DNA of 64,000 nt from Methylobacillus sp. GTDB lineage: Bacteria; Pseudomonadota; Gammaproteobacteria; Burkholderiales; Methylophilaceae. The notes under the pieces were generated by a model. That model had not been told where the DNA came from. It saw nothing but the letters and a program-made list of their open reading frames with translations, and did no database searches. Position numbers and translations under genes: made by a program. How positions within the stretch are numbered: position 1 is the stretch's first letter; every line of letters starts with the position of its first letter. The stretch is from NCBI RefSeq assembly GCF_036844465.1, contig NZ_DAIUFW010000009.1, positions 4,839 to 68,838 of the forward strand, read 5' to 3'. Shown here piece by piece: positions 10,175 through 18,233 of the stretch.

Positions 10175-10645
10175 TTGATAATCTTGTTTGAACGCATGAT
10201 AATGCAATCCGCAATGCTTAGTAATCCTAGCCGAACCGCTCTCACTCTCGCATCGCTCCTGCTCTACCTGTCGGGGCCGGCACATGCGTTTTGTTTTGAT
10301 GCTGCGGGACGCGAGTTCGGTGTGGATAGCCGGCTGTTGTGGGCAATTGCAAAGGTTGAGAGCGGTTTTGATCCCCAGGCGATCGGACCTGACGGTAAGG
10401 ATCTGGGCCTGATGCAAGTTCGAACGATCCACATCGACGACCTGAGATCGCGATTTGGGGTGCAGATCACTAGGCAGGATTTGTTCGATCCGTGTTTCAA
10501 CGTTCGAATGGGAGCGTGGGTGTTGGCAACAAAGATTCAGCGATACGGGCCTACATGGGAAGCCGTCGGAAGCTACAACGCGCGATCTCGAGATAAGCGT
10601 GACATCTACATCCGTAAGGTGTGGGTCGCGTACAGGTCATCCTGA
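10175..10645 (+). CDS. Lytic transglycosylase (SLT domain)
   Basis: Motif AIAKVESGFDPQAI...GLMQV...YN. Signal peptide present. The start is uncertain (10175, 10196 or 10202). Confidence 0.8.
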   Translation: MIILFERMIMQSAMLSNPSRTALTLASLLLYLSGPAHAFCFDAAGREFGVDSRLLWAIAKVESGFDPQAIGPDGKDLGLMQVRTIHIDDLRSRFGVQITRQDLFDPCFNVRMGAWVLATKIQRYGPTWEAVGSYNARSRDKRDIYIRKVWVAYRSS

Positions 10646-11034
10646 TGATTATCAAAAGTCTTCTTGGTGGTGCGGGCCTCGTCCTAACGGTTGGATGGTT
10701 TGTATGGGTAATCGTCCCGCAGGACTCGTGTGAACGTATCGAAAGATCTGGGAGTGTCATCAGAGGGATTGGGAACGTATTGCGCGACACGCTGGAGCCA
10801 AGAGTTAGCTCCGATACCAAGCTCGACATGATTCGATGGTCGATCCAAGCGGAGAACGGTTTCAAGGGTTTTGTCGCAAACCAGTTTTTCAACCGCCTCG
10901 ACTGTTCAACGTGGCATGGCCGAGATGAATTCAGGGAGCGTCTCTTGGAACTTCTTCAGGATTCTGCAGCGACGGACCTCGGCGCGAGTAATCAAGACGA
11001 TCGGAAGAAACAAGAACCGGAGCAGCAGCCGTGA
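10645..11034 (+). CDS. Membrane protein, unknown function
   Basis: ATG 10645 overlaps the SLT stop (TGATG). N-terminal TM segment MIIKSLLGGAGLVLTVGWFVWVIV. Confidence 0.5.
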   Translation: MIIKSLLGGAGLVLTVGWFVWVIVPQDSCERIERSGSVIRGIGNVLRDTLEPRVSSDTKLDMIRWSIQAENGFKGFVANQFFNRLDCSTWHGRDEFRERLLELLQDSAATDLGASNQDDRKKQEPEQQP

Positions 11035-12473
11035 AAGAGCCAGACAATTTCATCTCAAACAATCCGAATGAGCGCGAAGCAGTACAGGTACTGAACGATC
11101 TTTTTCTCGAAGCTGCGCTAACTCGATCTGCCGACGTTCATTTTCAGGAAGACTCTAGAGGTGTTCGCGTTAGGCGACGCGCGCCTGGCGGCGCTCTAAT
11201 GGAAATTGGGCAGTACTCGTCTTACTACGCAGGGGTCTTCGACCAGAAAGTGCGTAGTCGGTCCCGTCTTTCGCTGTCTGACCACCACACCCCTCTCGAT
11301 GGGCGCATGGGTCTTCGTTTCCCCGAAAACGGAAAAGTCATCGATATTCGCGTTTCGATTGTGCCGACAGTCGACGGGCAAAGCGTTGTCTGCCGGCTCC
11401 TGGATCAGGCGAACGTATCTATGGATCTTACGGAGCTCGCGCTCCCTCCCGCAGTTGACGAGGCGATGCGGGTAATCCTCCAAGAACCGCACGGGCTATT
11501 TGTCGTGACCGGTCCAACGGGGTCTGGAAAAACCACGACGCTGTACGCACTGGTCAACGAGATCAACGAGCACAGCCTGAACATCATCACGATCGAGAAC
11601 CCGGTTGAGTATCGACTTGCTGGCTTGAACCAGATCAACATCGATCCAATTCACATGCCTTACCCGGCCGCACTGCGAGCAGTTCTTCGTCAGGACCCGG
11701 ATGTGATCATGATCGGCGAGATTCGCGACGCTGAGACGGCGCGTATAGCCGTTGAAGCGGCGAATACGGGCCACCTCGTCATTGCATCGATGCACGCAAA
11801 CAACGCAGCGATGGGATGCACTCGACTGATAGAGCTCGGCGTCGATCCAGGTACGCTAGCTGCGTCATTGCGCGGAATCACTGCGCAACGGCTAGTTCGT
11901 CGAATTGATCCGGAGCTCAAGCCTTCATGGGGCTCGGCGAATGAGATCGAGCTCGAATGGATGCGAATCCATGGATTGCCGTTCGAGGGCGAATCGTTTC
12001 CCCGTGTTCCAAACGCCCTTTCCTACAAAGGGAACGTCCCACTTGTCGAGATGATTGTTGGCGACGAGGCCGTCCGGCGGGTTATTTCTCGCGGAGGGAG
12101 CCCAGAAGAGATCGTCGCAGCCGCTTCTCGTCAGCCCCAGTTCGAGTTACTCGCATTCGAAGCCGCTTCCAAAGCAACTCGGGGCTTGACGACGCTGGAT
12201 GAAGCTCGACGCGTCACCTCGTCGGCGGATGCATTGAAGCTTGAGTACAAACGCCTGGGCTATGCCCTGATTGAATCTGGTGTTGCCACTTCATCCGAAA
12301 TTGAACAGGCCATCAGCAGGCAGACTGAGTACAAGCGTAGCGGTGTTTTGCGCCCTATTGGTCGAGTACTCATTGAAATGGGCGTTTGCTCTGAAATAGA
12401 AATTCGTCGGGCCCTCGGTCACGACGATAAGCTTGAGGAGGTGAACTTTGAATCGTCGCCAATTTCTGTTTAA
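11031..12473 (+). CDS. GspE/PilB/VirB11-superfamily secretion ATPase with C-terminal MshEN-like motif pair
   Basis: Walker A GPTGSGKTTT, Asp box, Walker B DVIMIGEIRD and His box ASMHAN. The C-terminus carries RLGYALIESGVATSSEIEQAISRQ and PIGRVLIEMGVCSEIEIRRALGH. Confidence 0.85.
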   Translation: MKEPDNFISNNPNEREAVQVLNDLFLEAALTRSADVHFQEDSRGVRVRRRAPGGALMEIGQYSSYYAGVFDQKVRSRSRLSLSDHHTPLDGRMGLRFPENGKVIDIRVSIVPTVDGQSVVCRLLDQANVSMDLTELALPPAVDEAMRVILQEPHGLFVVTGPTGSGKTTTLYALVNEINEHSLNIITIENPVEYRLAGLNQINIDPIHMPYPAALRAVLRQDPDVIMIGEIRDAETARIAVEAANTGHLVIASMHANNAAMGCTRLIELGVDPGTLAASLRGITAQRLVRRIDPELKPSWGSANEIELEWMRIHGLPFEGESFPRVPNALSYKGNVPLVEMIVGDEAVRRVISRGGSPEEIVAAASRQPQFELLAFEAASKATRGLTTLDEARRVTSSADALKLEYKRLGYALIESGVATSSEIEQAISRQTEYKRSGVLRPIGRVLIEMGVCSEIEIRRALGHDDKLEEVNFESSPISV

Positions 12474-13086
12474 CGGTTCTATGGCTGCTACAGCTGCGCT
12501 TGCTGCGCCCACCTTGTTTGCTCAAGAAGCGCCTGTTGAACCGTTTCGTCGAATCGGCCCAAATCCGGAAGACAAGAACAAGATTCTTGCTTTCTTCCAG
12601 TTCAGTTGCCCTGCATGTCGTGCATCGCACGAGATGCTCCATCGTTGGGGTGCGACGGTCCCTAGTCCAATGACCTTCGAGTTTGTTCCGGTCATCTATC
12701 CTGACATGTCTGTCATTGCTTCCGCGAGAGCTTGGCTTGCAGCTTCTCTTCTTGACGCAGCATCGTTGAGAGCTTTTGAAACTGCGGCCTACAAGGCGTT
12801 GCAAAGCGGGGGGCTCGATCCAGTCAAGCCCGCTACCTGGTCTGTTGTTGCTCGAGACGCCGGTATCCCTCATGCGGCCTACGCTGCTGCGTGGGCAAAG
12901 ATCACCAAGGACAGCCTTGAGCCACTTGCCCACATCTTTTTCCGGAATCAGGTTCAGGCAACACCGTCGATCACGATCGGAGGCCAGTACCTCGTTACTC
13001 CCGACAACGCCAATGGGCATGAAGGGATCTTTATTCAACTGCTCAACGGGATCACTTCTGCTGTGATCGAAGGCAGAAAGCTGTGA
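12448..13086 (+). CDS. DsbA-like thioredoxin-fold oxidoreductase with twin-arginine signal
   Basis: Leader MNRRQFLFNGSMAATAALAAPTLFA and CxxC motif FSCPACR. Confidence 0.7.
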   Translation: MNRRQFLFNGSMAATAALAAPTLFAQEAPVEPFRRIGPNPEDKNKILAFFQFSCPACRASHEMLHRWGATVPSPMTFEFVPVIYPDMSVIASARAWLAASLLDAASLRAFETAAYKALQSGGLDPVKPATWSVVARDAGIPHAAYAAAWAKITKDSLEPLAHIFFRNQVQATPSITIGGQYLVTPDNANGHEGIFIQLLNGITSAVIEGRKL

Positions 13087-13688
13087 AACCCCAAGTACCT
13101 CTGAATATTCTGTTGGCTGCCGCGGCGTTCATCGGCGCGACATCGGTAATCGCACAAGACCGGCATAGCGTGTATCCGTTCGAGGCTACTGAATACGAAC
13201 CTAGCCAGTTCTCTTACGGCGTGGGCCAGGACACGGCAACAACTCTTATTAAGCGCCCCGTTCAGAAAGGTGAAACTCAGTGGGTCGAAATGGAGCGCAC
13301 TCCACTTCGTACCGCCTCGACATCAGCCAAGTCAGACGGGACTGGATCGAACCCGGGTGACTATGACCTCATTCCTGGAGCCACCGTTTTCTTTGCCTTT
13401 GACTCTACGGTTCCGTTGAACCCCGAGGTCATATCCAGCTTCCAGTTTGGGGATGACACCAAGATTCGTCTTATTGGGCGTACAGATCCGATCGGCACCA
13501 ACTCGTACAACGATCGTCTTGCCTACAAACGCGCGGCCTCAGTTGCCTCTCTCTTTAAGCTGAAAGGCATGAAGCAATCCCAGATGGAACTTGTTTCCTT
13601 GGGCGCACGGTCGCCAATTGCTCCAACTGATACCGAGTCTGGTCGCCAAAAGAATCGACAAGTTCTCATTGAATTGAGGAAGCAATAA
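13083..13688 (+). CDS. OmpA-C-like peptidoglycan-binding protein
   Basis: GTG start and signal peptide. C-terminal motif GRTDPIGTNSYNDRLAYKRAASV...NRQVLIEL. Confidence 0.75.
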   Translation: MKPQVPLNILLAAAAFIGATSVIAQDRHSVYPFEATEYEPSQFSYGVGQDTATTLIKRPVQKGETQWVEMERTPLRTASTSAKSDGTGSNPGDYDLIPGATVFFAFDSTVPLNPEVISSFQFGDDTKIRLIGRTDPIGTNSYNDRLAYKRAASVASLFKLKGMKQSQMELVSLGARSPIAPTDTESGRQKNRQVLIELRKQ

Positions 13689-13978
13689 TGGCGCTCGAGG
13701 TTGATATCCCCCGTTATGTCGATTCCCAACAACAGTTTTACGCATGGGAATTTGACGAATTTATTGTCGGGTTTACTCTGTTCTCTGTTGGCATTCTCTC
13801 GCGATCAACGATCGGCCTATTTCTCGGCGTTGCAGTGATGCTTATCTCTATTCGAATAATGAGGCGCTGGAAGGAAGGGGAACTCGAAGGCGCAATCATG
13901 CATGTCTTCTATGCAAAGGGTTTTGGCGGAATGAATAAAGTGTACACAGACGGGATGCGTCGGAGGTTCTGGCTATGA
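13688..13978 (+). CDS. traL: F-type TraL
   Basis: 96 aa with a central pair of TM segments. It is the first gene of the traLEKBV order and overlaps its neighbours. Confidence 0.65.
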   Translation: MALEVDIPRYVDSQQQFYAWEFDEFIVGFTLFSVGILSRSTIGLFLGVAVMLISIRIMRRWKEGELEGAIMHVFYAKGFGGMNKVYTDGMRRRFWL

Positions 13979-14595
13979 AAGTTCCGATGCTTTTTCGTAG
14001 CCTGCAGGCTGCAACAGCGATGGTCATCGTCCTTACCGTTGGATTGGTGATCGCTGTAGCAGTCGGCGGCATAGCCGTCACCCGGGCGATGGAACAACGC
14101 GAACGAATCATCCTCATTCCTCCGTACCTGGATCGACAAGTTCAGCTCGGTTGGTCGGCAGCGTCAGCCGACTACCTTAAATCGTTTGGGATGTACTTCA
14201 CGACTCTGGCTGCGAACGTAACCCCGAACAACATCGATTTCGTCGCTCAGAACCTCGAGCTCTTCGTGGATTCAAGAATCTTCCCGGACGTTCGTCGAAC
14301 ACTAAAAGCAACTGCCGAAAACCCTCAATTCAGAGGGACGGGCAGCTCGCTTGTATTCCAGCCGAACGAAATTCTCTTCGAACCCGAAACCATGAAGGTT
14401 TTCGTTGGTGGCACTGCAACTCACCGAGATGCTGCAGGGCGAAAGACAGATACCGAAATGATTTACGAGCTGGGCGTCGAGATGAGAACTGGCCGCCCAT
14501 GGATTACCAGCATTGAAACTTACGACGGCCGAGAAATGCGTACCCAGAAATGGAGACAACAGCATCCGAACTTCCGCGAGGAGGCTGGAAAATGA
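13975..14595 (+). CDS. traE: F-type TraE
   Basis: N-terminal TM segment. Size and position match TraE, and the pattern is collinear with F TraE. Confidence 0.7.
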   Translation: MKVPMLFRSLQAATAMVIVLTVGLVIAVAVGGIAVTRAMEQRERIILIPPYLDRQVQLGWSAASADYLKSFGMYFTTLAANVTPNNIDFVAQNLELFVDSRIFPDVRRTLKATAENPQFRGTGSSLVFQPNEILFEPETMKVFVGGTATHRDAAGRKTDTEMIYELGVEMRTGRPWITSIETYDGREMRTQKWRQQHPNFREEAGK

Positions 14596-15476
14596 AAAGA
14601 CTCGTACTGACTGCTGTTGCAACGCTGATTTCCTCATCGGTTCTTGCACAGACGACAATTCGTCCGCCGACTCCGGACCAGCCGCCCGCAGTTCCATTTG
14701 TGGCAGGGACAGTTCCGCCGCAACCGCGACTTGATGTACAGCCCCGCGCAACTGCGCCTTTGCCCATGCCGGGGTTCGGTTCGAGCCTCTCGGGCGACGT
14801 TAATGCGCTTAAAGCGCAGACAATCCGCGTAACGCCTGGGCAGAACGAAGTCGTCAACGTCTCAATGGTTCAGGCCAACCGAGTCGGCACTCCATTTGCC
14901 GCACCTAAGGCCGTTGGAATCATCCCCGAAGGGATGATCGTGGAGGCTGTCGGGCAGAGCCTCTACATTCAGATGCCCAGCACTAGCACGGACCCGCAGT
15001 CACTCTTTGTGACCGGATCTCGTCCGAACGATCCGGTTATCTCACTGATTCTGGTTCCCCAGGCGATCCCGTCACAGACAGCGATTCTTCAGTTCGATGT
15101 TCCGGAGCCTGGACTACAGCCAGATCAAAACAATGAACCCGACAACTACCAGCAGCGGCTGATCCAGATGATGCGCCAGGCTGCCGTCAATCAGGTTCCC
15201 GTCGGCATGTCCGAAGCAGCCCTGCCTCGCGCTGTGGGTCGCCGTGGCCCTTTATTGATCCGGCCGGAAATGCGGTACTCGAGCGCCACCATGGATCAAT
15301 GGCGTTACCGAGTTGAATCGATTAGTGACGAAGAAATCGAACTCGATGAAGCAGCATTTTGGGAACGAGGCGTTCGTGCTGTCGCCATCCTTCCGAGTAC
15401 GCGTCTTCGTAAAGGTGATCACGCCTACGTCTACGTGATTTCGGATAAAACCGCCTTCCAGAATGGTGCGCGATGA
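14592..15476 (+). CDS. traK: F-type TraK (secretin-like)
   Basis: ATG 14592 overlaps the traE stop (ATGA). SD ggaggctgg and signal peptide MKRLVLTAVATLISSSVLA. Confidence 0.7.
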   Translation: MKRLVLTAVATLISSSVLAQTTIRPPTPDQPPAVPFVAGTVPPQPRLDVQPRATAPLPMPGFGSSLSGDVNALKAQTIRVTPGQNEVVNVSMVQANRVGTPFAAPKAVGIIPEGMIVEAVGQSLYIQMPSTSTDPQSLFVTGSRPNDPVISLILVPQAIPSQTAILQFDVPEPGLQPDQNNEPDNYQQRLIQMMRQAAVNQVPVGMSEAALPRAVGRRGPLLIRPEMRYSSATMDQWRYRVESISDEEIELDEAAFWERGVRAVAILPSTRLRKGDHAYVYVISDKTAFQNGAR

Positions 15477-16735
15477 GTCTGAAAGAGAAATGGCAAGAGC
15501 TTCCATCGAACGCTCGGCTGGGCATTATGGTGGGCGGGATCTTTGTCAGCGTTATCGCGCTCGCCGCAGTTGTTCAATCAACTCGAGGCCCGACGCGAGA
15601 GATTGCTGGACAACCTATCGGTGCAAACAAGCCCGCGAACTTCCGTGTCCCTACTGCTCGGGAAACTGGCGTCGATGACCTCGCTGCGAAGCTCGAAAGT
15701 ATCGAGAAGAGCACCGTGGGCATGGATAACAGAGTCAAGAAGATGGAGGCCGATCGCCAGTTGCTGTTCCGTCAGCTTCAGGAGATGCGCGGCACTCAGG
15801 GTTCAAACGGTGTGACCGTAGACCTTGTGGATGAGGTCCAGCGGTTGAGCCGCGAGCTCGAAAGGCTGAAGTTTTCCGGTGGCGGCGCAGTGGCACAAGG
15901 CCTCGTGGGACCTGATGGCCTGCCTGTTGTTGGTGAGGATGGGAAACCGCTTTCTGCCGACAACCCTGCAGATGCTTTCTCGTCTGCAGCGCTTCCTCAA
16001 CCTTCAGTCAGTGCGGCGCCAGTGTTCGCACCACCGCCCCCAACTCTGCGTGTAGTAGGGGCAGCGACCCCCAAAGAGGAAAAGAAGTCAAAAGACGACA
16101 AGGAGCGGATTGCCTACCTGCCAATGGGAAGTCAGTTCGAAGGTTTCTTGCTCAACGGTATGGACGTTCCGACCTCCAACGCGAAGAGCAAAGATCCCGT
16201 TCCGGCAGTCCTTCGTGTGAAAACCGATGCAATTCTCCCCAATCACTTCACTCATGACGTTCGTGAGTGCTTCGTGATCATTTCCGGATTCGGTGACCTT
16301 TCGAGCGAACGAGCCGTTATGCGCACCGAAGGTTTCTCGTGCATCAAGGACGACGGTGCGGTTATCGAAGGTCCGATGGAAGGGTATGTCGTCGGTGACG
16401 ATGGTCGCGTAGGTATCAAAGGCGAACTGGTATCCAAACAAGGCCAGATGATCGCCCGATCACTCACTGCGGGATTCCTGGGCGGCATTGCGAAGGGTCT
16501 TCAGCCATGGGGTACCCCGGATCAATGGGCCAATACCCAAACGAGCGTCGGTCAGGCCGAGCGTTTTGAAATGGGTGACGTACTGACAGCTGGAGCAATG
16601 AGCGGTGCAAGTTCCGCGGCAAACCAGGTTGCCAACTTTTATCTGGAAATGGCTCGCGAGATGTTCCCTGTAGTTGAAATTGATGCAGCCCGACGCGCGA
16701 CGATCGTGCTGACGAAGGGTCTGGAGGTTAAGTGA
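15473..16735 (+). CDS. traB: F-type TraB (VirB10-like)
   Basis: 420 aa with an N-terminal TM segment, a coiled coil, a Pro-rich linker and a conserved C-terminal domain. Position follows traK. Confidence 0.8.
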   Translation: MSLKEKWQELPSNARLGIMVGGIFVSVIALAAVVQSTRGPTREIAGQPIGANKPANFRVPTARETGVDDLAAKLESIEKSTVGMDNRVKKMEADRQLLFRQLQEMRGTQGSNGVTVDLVDEVQRLSRELERLKFSGGGAVAQGLVGPDGLPVVGEDGKPLSADNPADAFSSAALPQPSVSAAPVFAPPPPTLRVVGAATPKEEKKSKDDKERIAYLPMGSQFEGFLLNGMDVPTSNAKSKDPVPAVLRVKTDAILPNHFTHDVRECFVIISGFGDLSSERAVMRTEGFSCIKDDGAVIEGPMEGYVVGDDGRVGIKGELVSKQGQMIARSLTAGFLGGIAKGLQPWGTPDQWANTQTSVGQAERFEMGDVLTAGAMSGASSAANQVANFYLEMAREMFPVVEIDAARRATIVLTKGLEVK

Positions 16736-17232
16736 TGATGAAGAAGTCCATTTTGGTCGCAATCGCAATTTCATCCTCCATTGTCGGAGCTTGCACTACT
16801 GCGACCCAAGTTCAAATCGAAGCTCCAACTCCGTGGGTGGCGAGCACGGTTTCCGAGCTTGGTACAAATCTCGGGCGACTCTACCTCAAGAACACGCCAA
16901 TGCCAGCAACTGTCGTTGTTGCACCGGCTGTTAAGCATGACGGACAGTTGCGCCCAAGCTATTACGGCGAAAGCCTTGCGACGCTCATCTCCGGCGCACT
17001 TGTCAATTCGGGTGTGCCGGTCGTGCAAACCGAGTCTTCCGGTTGGACTTCAGGCCACCCGGTTAATGCAGTTGTCAAACGACGCGCCGAAGCCGCAAAC
17101 GCTGGAGTGATCGCACTTGGCTCCTATCACCATCTGGGTGGCGAGACGGTGGTTTCCTATCGACTCGTCGATGCGCGGACGGGCGCAGTTCTGGCTGTCT
17201 CGGAAGGCCGGATTCCGGGGGGGATTCAATAA
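16732..17232 (+). CDS. Lipoprotein, unknown function
   Basis: Lipobox SSIVGAC. Translationally coupled between traB and traV. Confidence 0.55.
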   Translation: MMMKKSILVAIAISSSIVGACTTATQVQIEAPTPWVASTVSELGTNLGRLYLKNTPMPATVVVAPAVKHDGQLRPSYYGESLATLISGALVNSGVPVVQTESSGWTSGHPVNAVVKRRAEAANAGVIALGSYHHLGGETVVSYRLVDARTGAVLAVSEGRIPGGIQ

Positions 17233-17888
17233 TGAAACCCCATGCCTTGGCTATTGCTCTTTCGGTAATTGCACTAACCGGCTGCGCCTCCGCGCTTAAC
17301 ACTGCAGGCCGCGACTCTTCGTCCTGCCCTGGCATCGGTCCTGGGGCTTGCGCATCTCCTGGTGATGTTTATGCGATCACGAGCGGAAGCATTGATGAAT
17401 TCGAGGAGCGCATTGCCAATCACACAACCGAGAACAAGATCGATGTTGACGCCGTTATTCGCAAGCAGAAAGAAGGCGAAAGGCTTCCATCGGTTATTTC
17501 TTCTACGGCCACAAGCTCCTCTGTAGGGACAATGCCGCCTGAACTTGCAATCCATTCGGATGGCGTTGCACCGGTGCGGATGCCCGCTCAAGTAATGCGG
17601 ATTCGGGTATTCCCATGGACTGACAAGAACGACAATTTGCACTCGGGAGGGTATGTATATACAGAAATCGAGCAAAGAAAATGGACTTTTGGAGTGCACG
17701 AGGAAGGCACCTTGCGTAATGCAAGAATTCCTCACCGTGTAACTACCGGTGTTGCGCATTCGGGATCGCCAACTGGTGATGCGCAAAATGGTCAGTCTGC
17801 TGCATCGCAGACGATCACTCCCCCGACCCGGCCGCAGGCGTCACGTAACGCGCCTTCGACCGACCTCAGCACCTTAACCCTCGAGTAA
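17232..17888 (+). CDS. traV: F-type lipoprotein TraV
   Basis: Lipobox ALTGC, paired Cys (SSCPG...GAC), and VMRIRVFPWTDKNDNLHSGGYVYTEI, which resembles the F TraV C-terminus. Confidence 0.7.
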   Translation: MKPHALAIALSVIALTGCASALNTAGRDSSSCPGIGPGACASPGDVYAITSGSIDEFEERIANHTTENKIDVDAVIRKQKEGERLPSVISSTATSSSVGTMPPELAIHSDGVAPVRMPAQVMRIRVFPWTDKNDNLHSGGYVYTEIEQRKWTFGVHEEGTLRNARIPHRVTTGVAHSGSPTGDAQNGQSAASQTITPPTRPQASRNAPSTDLSTLTLE

Positions 17889-17904
17889 CGATAAGGAGTT
17901 TCAC

Positions 17905-18219
17905 ATGCAATACGCTCAAAACCTGTCCGCCGGCTTCGCCCGTTTCGAAAAGCAAGCCTACCTGCTGATCGCACTCGCTGCGTACGCCATTTTCGCGATG
18001 GCCGTTACCGACACCACGTTCGAGGTCGCATCCGAGCAGGTTCGTGACTGGACTGAAGGAACGTTCGGTCTGCTCGTCGCATTTGGGGTTCTGGCGACCG
18101 GCCTGGCTATGACCATCGTCAAGCACTCGCTGATGTGGTTGGTCCTGGCCGTCGGCGTTGCTCTGGCAGCCACCATGGGCCCGGGCATCCTCGACTCCAT
18201 GTTCACCGCCACCCTCTAA
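17905..18219 (+). CDS. Candidate propilin (TraA-like)
   Basis: 104 aa with two C-terminal hydrophobic helices. Positioned between traV and traC, with SD aaggag upstream. Confidence 0.5.
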   Translation: MQYAQNLSAGFARFEKQAYLLIALAAYAIFAMAVTDTTFEVASEQVRDWTEGTFGLLVAFGVLATGLAMTIVKHSLMWLVLAVGVALAATMGPGILDSMFTATL

Positions 18220-18233
18220 CACGGAGTTAGCCC

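Noticed and set aside
9197-10432. The full 411-aa version of the Sel1 ORF.
   Set aside because: The first 93 aa are Arg/Cys/Gln-rich and overlap the divergent transglycosylase gene. The internal ATG at 10153 has an SD and a clean signal peptide.
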